Source of the DNA: a virus
Direction: 5' to 3' (one strand)
Length of the DNA: 64,000 nt
Virus record (IMG/VR): IMGVR_UViG_3300045988_109049
The translations under genes and the position numbers were made by a program. How positions within the stretch are numbered: position 1 is the stretch's first letter; each line of letters begins with the position of its first letter. The notes under the pieces are model-generated. The model had not been told where the DNA came from, made no database searches, and worked only from the letters and a program-made list of their open reading frames with translations. Shown here in pieces: positions 48,067 through 55,676 of the stretch.

Positions 48067-48798
48067 TTAAAATAAATTAAGTACTTCTTTCCCTAGAATT
48101 TTAATTGCTTTTTCTGCATCCTCAGGATTCTTAAAGTAGATAATACCTGCATGTTGTGTTCCCTCATGTTCAAATACTTCGATCTCCCCATCTTTATAGA
48201 GTTTCCCTATAAAGTATCCAGCATTTTCTGTAGTTTTTTCCCAAGTTTTATTGAAGTACTCAGCAATGAACTTTAAATGTGCTAATGTTTGTTGTTTTGT
48301 TACTTCTTTTGCTGTAAGTGGAAAAATCTTTCTTCGACCTATAATAGCCGTCATGATATATTCAAGATCTATATTTAATTCACTTTCCTTGAAAGTACTC
48401 AATGCTAGTGTTCTTAGTGCTAAATTATCACTGTTGTACCATTCTCTTGCTTGTTCTAATGTTACTTTTATTGTTCTAGATTCTTCCGTGATTGCTTCTC
48501 GTTTATTTAAGTTGTGATATGTTTCTGGTATGCTACCATTTATTAATCCTATTGGTTGATTAATACATTTTCCGTTTATTCTGGTGATATAGATATCCTT
48601 AAGAACCAAACCTTTCTGTCTCCTTTTTGTACTTGGATCAAATCCTACTACCATCATTTGAGGGCAATATCTAGGATCTTCGATCATATCATATTGTTTA
48701 ACTAAGTCATAGTTACATAAAAATTTGTACTTTTTATAGTTAGGGATTTCACTAACTGGTACTTTATGATCTGTAAATATTACTATTATTGTTCTCAT
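48067..48798 (-). CDS. Hypothetical protein
   Basis: ORF track. Confidence 0.5.
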   Translation of the reverse strand: MRTIIVIFTDHKVPVSEIPNYKKYKFLCNYDLVKQYDMIEDPRYCPQMMVVGFDPSTKRRQKGLVLKDIYITRINGKCINQPIGLINGSIPETYHNLNKREAITEESRTIKVTLEQAREWYNSDNLALRTLALSTFKESELNIDLEYIMTAIIGRRKIFPLTAKEVTKQQTLAHLKFIAEYFNKTWEKTTENAGYFIGKLYKDGEIEVFEHEGTQHAGIIYFKNPEDAEKAIKILGKEVLNLF

Positions 48799-48811
48799 GT
48801 TATCTTTTTTT

Positions 48812-49024
48812 TTATTTGTTTAACCATTTATCTAGAGTTAATTTTTTCAATTCTTCTTTAGAAATAGTCTTGTAACAGATATAACACATGGATATTATTA
48901 TAGTTATGAAGTGTAGGAAGTACCCATTGTCATATATGCTATCTACTCCTGCTAAGAAGAAAAAAGACAAAAGGAATGTTACATATAGCAACACTCCTTT
49001 TATAATCAGTTTTATGACTCTCAT
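48812..49024 (-). CDS. Small membrane protein
   Basis: Two hydrophobic helices: VLLYVTFLLSFFFLAGV and FLHFITIIISMCYICY. Confidence 0.45.
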   Translation of the reverse strand: MRVIKLIIKGVLLYVTFLLSFFFLAGVDSIYDNGYFLHFITIIISMCYICYKTISKEELKKLTLDKWLNK

Positions 49025-49124
49025 CTTACTTACTTTTTTGAACTATTATCTTGTGCTGTAAGATATATAAAGAATGCTCCTGTTAATAACAAGCATAAGA
49101 TTGTGTAATAAGGTTCTTCCATGG

Positions 49125-49355
49125 TTATTTCCATATTATAGTTACTGTGTTTTGTATTAAATGTGCTTCTTGTTCTGTTATTGGAATTAACTTATCAAAA
49201 CATTTAATATAGGCACATTTTATTTCTGTATAACTCTCAATTACCTTTATATTTTTGGTGTGATGTTCTGAAAGATAATTTTTATATATCTCTCTTGAGA
49301 GTATGTAATTATCTGAACTACATATTCTCGACTTTCTAAATTTGGTTCTTGACAT
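49125..49355 (-). CDS. Hypothetical small protein
   Basis: ORF track. Confidence 0.35.
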   Translation of the reverse strand: MSRTKFRKSRICSSDNYILSREIYKNYLSEHHTKNIKVIESYTEIKCAYIKCFDKLIPITEQEAHLIQNTVTIIWK

Positions 49356-49548
49356 AGTTTTAATTGTTTGTTAGTCTGTTATTTGCATTTTACACCTAAA
49401 ACTTATTGCAACAAGTATACTCATTATCTCTCGATTTATATAAATCTGCAAGCAACATTGTCATTATCTCTCATAAGAAACTGGTGTCCTCAATGACTTG
49501 GAAAGTTATTAAGTTTTTAATTAATCCCTATAAGGGATAATTTATATA

Positions 49549-49869
49549 TTAATCATCATAAGGTCTGACAAAAGTATATACATATATATTAAGTTCTTCA
49601 TTATATGAGAGCTTATAGTATACATGAAGAGCATTTAACATGGAGGGTTCTTTATCATTTTTCAGTTGATATAAACCTTCATTCCATATTGCCTCTTTCT
49701 CATAACCAAGTTCACTCTCCATAATAGAAGCAATGGCTTTTCTTACATGAGGATAATTCTCATCGTTTGTCTTTATATGATATACTTTGTGTTGAGTATA
49801 GTCATTATTAGACAATTGTGGCTGATACTTTATCTGATAAAGTATACCATTATAGAAGTGTTTGGACAT
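49549..49869 (-). CDS. Hypothetical protein
   Basis: ORF track. Confidence 0.45.
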   Translation of the reverse strand: MSKHFYNGILYQIKYQPQLSNNDYTQHKVYHIKTNDENYPHVRKAIASIMESELGYEKEAIWNEGLYQLKNDKEPSMLNALHVYYKLSYNEELNIYVYTFVRPYDD

Positions 49870-50049
49870 TTTTAGGAGATTTGATTCTATAATGTGTTCA
49901 GTAAATTTAGTTATATTTTACAGATAATACTTAAGAGAGTATAATCTGCTAATCATTCTTATTTTGTACTAGACTTTAATAGTTCAAACCTGTTAGTATA
50001 AATTACTATTAATACTAAAAGGATTGAAACTATTAAAGCTTAGAGGAAT

Positions 50050-50075
50050 AAAAAAAAAGGGTACATAGTACCCTT
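50050..50075 (-). terminator. Intrinsic terminator after the 86-aa gene
   Basis: Stem aagggtac/gtaccctt with a 3-nt loop, followed on the minus strand by T9. Confidence 0.65.
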
Positions 50076-50078
50076 TCT

Positions 50079-50339
50079 TTAGAATGATGCAAGTACAGGT
50101 GCTCCACCATTACCCTCTTCATGTAGAAGCCAGAAGCTATCTCCGTCAGGAGTAGTGACATTGCTGAGCATAGGATTTGTGGGAATTCCTTTTGATGCTA
50201 CAGCTCCAGTACTACTTCCAAATGTAAAGAAGAGTTTGTCTGTCTTAGGATTCCTCTTAACATCAATGCGTGAAACATGCATTTTGTCCTTAAATTGCTC
50301 AACAGTTAAAGTTGCATTGAATACAAGATTATTTCCCAT
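50079..50339 (-). CDS. Hypothetical small protein (first gene of the minus-strand block)
   Basis: ORF track. It has its own strong terminator, which suggests a discrete and possibly abundant transcript. Confidence 0.5.
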   Translation of the reverse strand: MGNNLVFNATLTVEQFKDKMHVSRIDVKRNPKTDKLFFTFGSSTGAVASKGIPTNPMLSNVTTPDGDSFWLLHEEGNGGAPVLASF

Positions 50340-50523
50340 AATGGTAATAATTTAATTGTTAGATAATAAGTTAATACCGGGGGAATATCCCCACTGGCTA
50401 AGTGATGGGGGAGGTTTGGTTGGTGTACATCTCTCTCATATAAAACAAGCCAAGAAAAAAAAATAAAAAAAAAAAATAAAAAATAAATTTTTCATAGCAC
50501 CGAAATAAAATCTCACTAAATAA

Positions 50524-50555
50524 TTTGCATATATTATTTATTTTGCTTACATTTG
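50524..50555 (+). promoter_or_regulatory. Bacteroidota-type promoter (-33 TTTG / -7 TAnnTTTG)
   Basis: TTTG (50524-50527), a 20-nt spacer, then TAcaTTTG (50548-50555). Faces the plus-strand gene block. Confidence 0.45.
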
Positions 50556-50895
50556 TACCTGTTGAGAATATCTACAGTTCTTATCTCTCCAGAGATTCAT
50601 ACCATAAAGTTGATGTACAGGCTTTGGAGATGAATAGGGTAGTAGTTCCAAATAGGAATGAGGTAACCCCTATACAAAAACTGTCTTGGTTATAAGGAGT
50701 GGTAGCCTACCAATGTAGATGAGAAAAGGTTGAGGGTAAAAGGCTCTTGGGGTAAACCGCCCACTATGAAATTCCAAGATAAGGGGATACAGTAATGTAT
50801 CCTCTAATGGATTTAAAAAAAATTTAACAAATCCATAAGGGATAACTATACCCTAAAGGAAATGAAGTAAAGTATAAAAATAAAAGAAAAGTAAC

Positions 50896-51489
50896 ATGAA
50901 AGAAATCATTGTAGGAAGTAATGACAGTAGATCATACTTATCTTCATCGAGTATGTTATCTAGATTGTGGCATTCTCTGTTCTTTAGAACTCAATCTAAG
51001 AATATTTTCGAGCAACTAGAAACTACTATTAATGGAATCAAGATATCTTGTTTTGATTTAGTAATAAGTTTTAATCAAAAGACTTTAAAGTGGGAATTTG
51101 CTAATAAGAGATTTAGATATAAATCTAATTACACATTATTTGATATACTTGATATTCTTCAAAAAGAAAATAAAGATATATACGTTAGATTAAGTCTAGG
51201 AAAAATATCTTATATGGAAGACAATGAAGGATTTACACACTTATGCAACTATTTAGAGAAAAATTATCCTAAAATCAGATTTTTTGGTGGATGTAGGATA
51301 AAAGATAATAAGCAACTTTATAAATTTGACTCTAATATAGCAGAATCAGATATCCATCTATGGGTAGCTTCTTCAATGGAAGATTCTAAATGGTATGAGA
51401 AGGTACTTCCGAAATTATACTCCAGAAGAAGGAATAAAGAGAATTACTTAAAGATAAAACCAGGAATAAACTTGTTCGATTTTGTATAA
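50896..51489 (+). CDS. Hypothetical protein
   Basis: ORF track; first plus-strand gene. Confidence 0.5.
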   Translation: MKEIIVGSNDSRSYLSSSSMLSRLWHSLFFRTQSKNIFEQLETTINGIKISCFDLVISFNQKTLKWEFANKRFRYKSNYTLFDILDILQKENKDIYVRLSLGKISYMEDNEGFTHLCNYLEKNYPKIRFFGGCRIKDNKQLYKFDSNIAESDIHLWVASSMEDSKWYEKVLPKLYSRRRNKENYLKIKPGINLFDFV

Positions 51490-51507
51490 AATTCATAATC
51501 AATTATA

Positions 51508-51639
51508 ATGTATAAAATACAAGAAAAATTAGATGAGATAATAAAGAACCAAGAGATCCTTAATAAAATTCAAGTGGCTATTTATGATCTATTACTAAGG
51601 ATAGAAAGTAAAATGCCATCTGGGGAAAAGAGTTCTTAA
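51508..51639 (+). CDS. Possible 43-aa helical peptide
   Basis: Below the ORF-track cutoff. ATG 51508, MYKIQEKLDEIIKNQEILNKIQVAIYDLLLRIESKMPSGEKSS. Fills an otherwise empty gap in the gene block. Confidence 0.3.
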   Translation: MYKIQEKLDEIIKNQEILNKIQVAIYDLLLRIESKMPSGEKSS

Positions 51640-51731
51640 GAAATTATTTAGCGGATATAGCTGGAACTATAACAGCAGAATTAGGATTAGTTGACATATT
51701 AAATGAGATAAAGAAAAGATAAGAAAAACTT

Positions 51732-52052
51732 ATGAAAAAATTAATTATTGAATGTAACGGAAATATAGTTAAAGTTAACTTGACTGTAAATAACACACAA
51801 ATTATAGATTCTTACAAAATAAAATCAGTACATGATATGATGGATATATTAGATAAGGTAAGAGAATCCAGTAAGGACTTTTATGCAGTGCATCATAGAG
51901 GTATTGTAGGAATGATAAATGAATGGAGAGCTCATAATCTTCTTTATAATTTACATATAAAGAGAGATAGAACAGGAACTGTTGATCTTAATAAAGATCA
52001 AAGTATATGGGCAAAAATAGCTTATGCTATTTTATCTTTTCTATACTTTTAA
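51732..52052 (+). CDS. Hypothetical protein
   Basis: ORF track. Confidence 0.45.
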   Translation: MKKLIIECNGNIVKVNLTVNNTQIIDSYKIKSVHDMMDILDKVRESSKDFYAVHHRGIVGMINEWRAHNLLYNLHIKRDRTGTVDLNKDQSIWAKIAYAILSFLYF

Positions 52053-52072
52053 CATAAAATAACTAAGAATTA

Positions 52073-52104
52073 TTTGTATAATTAAATAATTATGTCTACC
52101 TTTG
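52073..52104 (+). promoter_or_regulatory. Bacteroidota-type promoter
   Basis: TTTG (52073-52076), a 20-nt spacer, then TAccTTTG (52097-52104), 26 nt upstream of ATG 52130. The -7 box lies within the palindrome gtctacctttgtagac. Confidence 0.45.
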
Positions 52105-52129
52105 TAGACATATAAATATTGTAACAATT

Positions 52130-52576
52130 ATGTATGAAGATATATTATTAACTCCTTTAGATTCTTCAAGAAAAGAAGAAATAAATAGCCCTCAAGATTT
52201 ATTTATCTCCTTCTTGAACAAATTAGAAGGGTGGAAAACTAAATGTAAGAATCTTCACTGGGCTGCTCCAAAGAAAAACATACATGTGTATCTAGATGAG
52301 TTCCTTGATATTTTAGGAGATTATCAAGATGGCTTAGCTGAAGGTTATATGGGAATTTTAGGAAAGATGCAACCTAATGTAATAAAGGGTATTCCAAGTG
52401 ATACGTTAAATGCTATGGATTTTATAGAGGAAGTAAGATCGGATACTCTTTTATTTTATAACAAAATACCTCAAGAAACTATATATAAGGGGATAACATC
52501 TGAGTGTGAGACCTTTATACAAAATATTAATAAGTATAGATATTTATTCGGTCTATGTGATATCAGGCCTTATTAA
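52130..52576 (+). CDS. Hypothetical protein
   Basis: ORF track. Confidence 0.5.
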   Translation: MYEDILLTPLDSSRKEEINSPQDLFISFLNKLEGWKTKCKNLHWAAPKKNIHVYLDEFLDILGDYQDGLAEGYMGILGKMQPNVIKGIPSDTLNAMDFIEEVRSDTLLFYNKIPQETIYKGITSECETFIQNINKYRYLFGLCDIRPY

Positions 52577-52680
52577 TATATTTTGCTCCCTTCTTCCAAT
52601 GATTAGGAAATCAGTTTTGTACTCTGAGAATAAAGGTTTGAATCCTTTAGGGAGCTCTAAACTTTAATAGTTTACAAATA

Positions 52681-52842
52681 ATGGATGTACAAAGAGTAAT
52701 GAGTGTTTATGTGGGAAGCACAGTAAGAGAAGTTGTTGACTATGCCAACAAACATCTTGTAAAAAAAGATGATATTGTGACTATAATGGAGCGTGGAACT
52801 CAAATCTATCTTATTTATTATAAGCCTATCGCAGTTCAATAA
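52681..52842 (+). CDS. Possible 53-aa protein
   Basis: Below the track cutoff. MDVQRVMSVYVGSTVREVVDYANKHLVKKDDIVTIMERGTQIYLIYYKPIAVQ has globular-looking composition. It is on the same strand as the block and is preferred over the antisense 64-aa track ORF. Confidence 0.4.
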   Translation: MDVQRVMSVYVGSTVREVVDYANKHLVKKDDIVTIMERGTQIYLIYYKPIAVQ

Positions 52843-52854
52843 AATAATATTAAT

Positions 52855-53136
52855 ATGGAGAAGCAAGAAACAGTAGAAAGAGAGCTAATGTCTCAAGAAG
52901 AGTTTGAGAAATATATAGAAGATAATAGTGGATTAAAAACTTTTGAAGCTGTTGGAAGATATAAATCGGTAGGAAGAGCTTATAGAAGAAATCATATAAC
53001 AAGAAATGGGCTTATCATACCAAAGAGACCATTTAATAATAGAAAGAATACTTCTAAAAGAAAAGGAGCTCATAGTAGAAGTGTGAATGAATATAAAAAG
53101 AGAATCTATGAACAAATTAAGTATCTCAGAAGATAA
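52855..53136 (+). CDS. Hypothetical basic protein
   Basis: ORF track; Arg/Lys-rich C-terminal half. Confidence 0.45.
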   Translation: MEKQETVERELMSQEEFEKYIEDNSGLKTFEAVGRYKSVGRAYRRNHITRNGLIIPKRPFNNRKNTSKRKGAHSRSVNEYKKRIYEQIKYLRR

Positions 53137-53332
53137 GCATAGCAAAGAAGATTATGAGCGCATCCCAGTATCTTACTGTAGAAATTGCCTATCTTTAAGT
53201 ATCATGAAGATAGATGATGATGACCCAGAATTAGATTACTGTGATGAATGTGGAAGCACATCTATCCTAGTAACGGATATAGCAAAATGGAGAGAGCTAT
53301 ATAAAGAAAAATATGGAAAATATTTAGTTTAA
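53108..53332 (+). CDS. Zinc-ribbon protein
   Basis: CRNC...CDECG forms two CxxC pairs. ATG at 53108 is preferred. Confidence 0.45.
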   Translation: MNKLSISEDKHSKEDYERIPVSYCRNCLSLSIMKIDDDDPELDYCDECGSTSILVTDIAKWRELYKEKYGKYLV

Positions 53333-53339
53333 TAATATA

Positions 53340-53636
53340 ATGAAGGAGAATATGGAAAAACCGGAAGTAAAAGAGAATGAAAAAATGAGTTATGAACAAT
53401 TAGAGAATGTAGCTCATCAACTAAGTGAACAAGTAAGACAATTATATGCAAAACTACAAGAAGCTAATCTTGAGAATATGTTTAAGAGATTAGATTATTT
53501 ATTTAGAGTTGTGGAAAATGCTCATTCATTTAGTGTAGATTTTGTCAATAAATGTACTTCAGAAATAGAGTCTTTAATGACTCTTCCTGACCCTGAAGAT
53601 GAACCTAAAGAAGATTCAGGACAATCTGAAAATTAA
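53340..53636 (+). CDS. Hypothetical acidic coiled-coil protein
   Basis: ORF track. Confidence 0.45.
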   Translation: MKENMEKPEVKENEKMSYEQLENVAHQLSEQVRQLYAKLQEANLENMFKRLDYLFRVVENAHSFSVDFVNKCTSEIESLMTLPDPEDEPKEDSGQSEN

Positions 53637-53640
53637 ACAT

Positions 53641-54024
53641 ATGAATAGGAAAGCTAATAATGTTATTAGAATTCCTACTTCACTAGATGGTAAATTTTTC
53701 GAATATTGGTTTAAGTTTCTTAGACCTTTCCATAGTCTAACAGATAGAGAAATAGATGTCATTGCATGCTTTGTAAAGCATAGATATGAGCTTAGTAAAG
53801 TTATCAAAGATAATGATATACTTGATAAAGTTACTATGAGTGAAGATACTAAAAGAAAAGTGAGGGAAGAGTGTAATATAACTCTTCCGCACTTTCAAGT
53901 AATTATGGGAAAGCTAAGAAAGAATGGAGTAATAATAAATGGTAAAATAAATCCCAGGTTTATACCAAACTTAGAGGAAGAATGTAATGCTTTTCATTTA
54001 TTACTGTACTTTGAATTAAAATGA
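53641..54024 (+). CDS. Possible DNA-binding/regulatory protein
   Basis: SLTDREIDVIACFVKH resembles the first helix of LuxR/sigma-70 region 4-type HTH domains. ATG at 53641 avoids overlap with the upstream gene. Confidence 0.3.
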   Translation: MNRKANNVIRIPTSLDGKFFEYWFKFLRPFHSLTDREIDVIACFVKHRYELSKVIKDNDILDKVTMSEDTKRKVREECNITLPHFQVIMGKLRKNGVIINGKINPRFIPNLEEECNAFHLLLYFELK

Positions 54025-54299
54025 GGTACGAAGATATTCTGAATAAGGTTGCTACAGATTTAAACATTCCTGTTGAAGTAGTAAGATTAGCCTATAAATC
54101 TTATTGGGAGTTCATAAGGCAAACTATTCAATCCTTACCATTAAAGGATAATCTAAGTGAAGAGGAGTTCTCTAAATTAAGAACTAATTTTAATATTCCA
54201 AGCCTAGGGAAACTATCTTGCACATTTGATAGAATGACCAGGATGAAAAAGAGATTCGAATATATAAGTAAATTAAGAAAGAAAGATAAATATGATTAA
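54021..54299 (+). CDS. HU/IHF-like DNA-binding protein
   Basis: MRYEDILNKVATDLNIPVEVVRLAYKSYWEFIRQTI and IPSLGKLSCTF follow the HU helix-helix then GFGxF beta-arm pattern. Confidence 0.45.
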   Translation: MRYEDILNKVATDLNIPVEVVRLAYKSYWEFIRQTIQSLPLKDNLSEEEFSKLRTNFNIPSLGKLSCTFDRMTRMKKRFEYISKLRKKDKYD

Positions 54300-54717
54300 A
54301 GTAAAAAAGATACGTCCTATGTTCACTACATTAGTGACTACCATGAATAAGTATGAGAATGATGTAAAAACCTCTACTGGCCTAATAGATACAAGTAGAC
54401 AAAAAGGGACTCTAAAAGAATATCAGACAGTACTTGCTGTAGGAGACTCAGTAAGAGGAATTAATGTAGGAGATATTGTATGTATAAATCCTTCTAGATT
54501 TGCGGTTAAGAAACATAAGGAAGGATCATTAAAAGATGGTATCGTTACTGATAATCCAGTTGTAACCTATAATTTCGATATTATCGAACTTGATAATAAA
54601 CAATGTTTATTACTTCAAGACAGAGATATTGATTTTGTAATTGAAGATTATGAGGAAATTCCAGATGTGGCTCCTTCAAATATAATCATACCTAGGAAAG
54701 AGAAAATTCTTTCCTAA
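54292..54717 (+). CDS. GroES/gp31-like fold candidate
   Basis: IRPMFTTLVTT...TSTGLIDTS...VLAVGDSV...VGDIVCINP parallels GroES IRPLhDRVlV...aGGIvl...VlAVG...vGDiV. Confidence 0.3.
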   Translation: MIKVKKIRPMFTTLVTTMNKYENDVKTSTGLIDTSRQKGTLKEYQTVLAVGDSVRGINVGDIVCINPSRFAVKKHKEGSLKDGIVTDNPVVTYNFDIIELDNKQCLLLQDRDIDFVIEDYEEIPDVAPSNIIIPRKEKILS

Positions 54718-54724
54718 ATTCAGG

Positions 54725-54770
54725 AAGGCCAGTCAGTTAGTTGGCTGGCCTTTCTTTTATTTTTTTTTTC
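54725..54770 (+). terminator. Intrinsic terminator
   Basis: Stem aaggccag/ctggcctt (54725-54732 and 54745-54752), followed by tttcttttatttttttttt. Confidence 0.65.
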
Positions 54771-54787
54771 CTTAATTTTCTTTATTT

Positions 54788-55129
54788 ATGAGTATAGAAG
54801 ATATTATAGAGTCTTTGAATAGGTACATACGTCTAGAAAGAAATGAACAAGGGATCTCTGTTAACAGCCATCTGGTTTTGCAAAGAATTGTAGAGCCTAA
54901 TTCAACATTTAAATCATATAAGAAGTATGAATGGATAGTATGGCTAATTGATAATGATTCTAAATATAGAATTCTCACAGTATCTCTTGTAGAAAAAGTC
55001 CTGAAAGATCAGGAAGAGAAAATAAATAAGAGATTATGTAATTCTTTATTAGAAGCTCTTTTTAGATTTATAAGAACTGAGGATTACAATCAAATAGTAA
55101 ATGGTAATTATAAGGGAGGAAGTCTATGA
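54788..55129 (+). CDS. Hypothetical protein
   Basis: ORF track. Confidence 0.45.
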   Translation: MSIEDIIESLNRYIRLERNEQGISVNSHLVLQRIVEPNSTFKSYKKYEWIVWLIDNDSKYRILTVSLVEKVLKDQEEKINKRLCNSLLEALFRFIRTEDYNQIVNGNYKGGSL

Positions 55130-55665
55130 GGTTATTAAAATATGAAGGATTTAAATTGACATTTGAACCGGAGTTACTTACCATAAAAGTCTTTAAGAAG
55201 CTTCATCAGAGAGATAAAACCAAAGATAAAAGTAAATTTTTACAGGAGTTAGGGTATATATATTTTTTTGTAGATCCTAGATCTGATTTTCAAATATATA
55301 CTGATGAAGAGGAGAGACATAAAAAGATATTAGAAGGTATAGGAGTTTCTGACACTTGGAAGATAGATAAAGATTTACAAGAAGCTATAGATTATTATGC
55401 TAAATTCAAACCGATATCAGCTCTGTTATTAGATGATACTAGAGCTATGATTAATGGATACAGAAGCAAGTTAAGAGCTTTAACAGCTACTATGGCTGAT
55501 CTGGATGTGAAAGAAACAAAAGATGTAGGAAGTATAATAAAGCAAATACCTTCTCTAGTAAAAGATTTGGATGAAGCTGAAAAGGCAATTACTAAGGAAA
55601 TTGCTTCAAATGATAGAGTAAGAGGTAGTGTAGAAAAATCCATGTATGAAGATCTTATACTGTAG
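55126..55665 (+). CDS. Hypothetical protein (position compatible with a small terminase subunit)
   Basis: Lies immediately upstream of TerL. The evidence is positional only. Confidence 0.3.
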   Translation: MRLLKYEGFKLTFEPELLTIKVFKKLHQRDKTKDKSKFLQELGYIYFFVDPRSDFQIYTDEEERHKKILEGIGVSDTWKIDKDLQEAIDYYAKFKPISALLLDDTRAMINGYRSKLRALTATMADLDVKETKDVGSIIKQIPSLVKDLDEAEKAITKEIASNDRVRGSVEKSMYEDLIL

Positions 55666-55676
55666 CATATTTTATT

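Noticed and set aside
52672-52866. 64-aa minus-strand track ORF
   Set aside because: It lies in the plus-strand gene block and its sequence is Ile/Asn/Leu/His-rich junk. The overlapping plus-strand 53-aa frame looks more protein-like.
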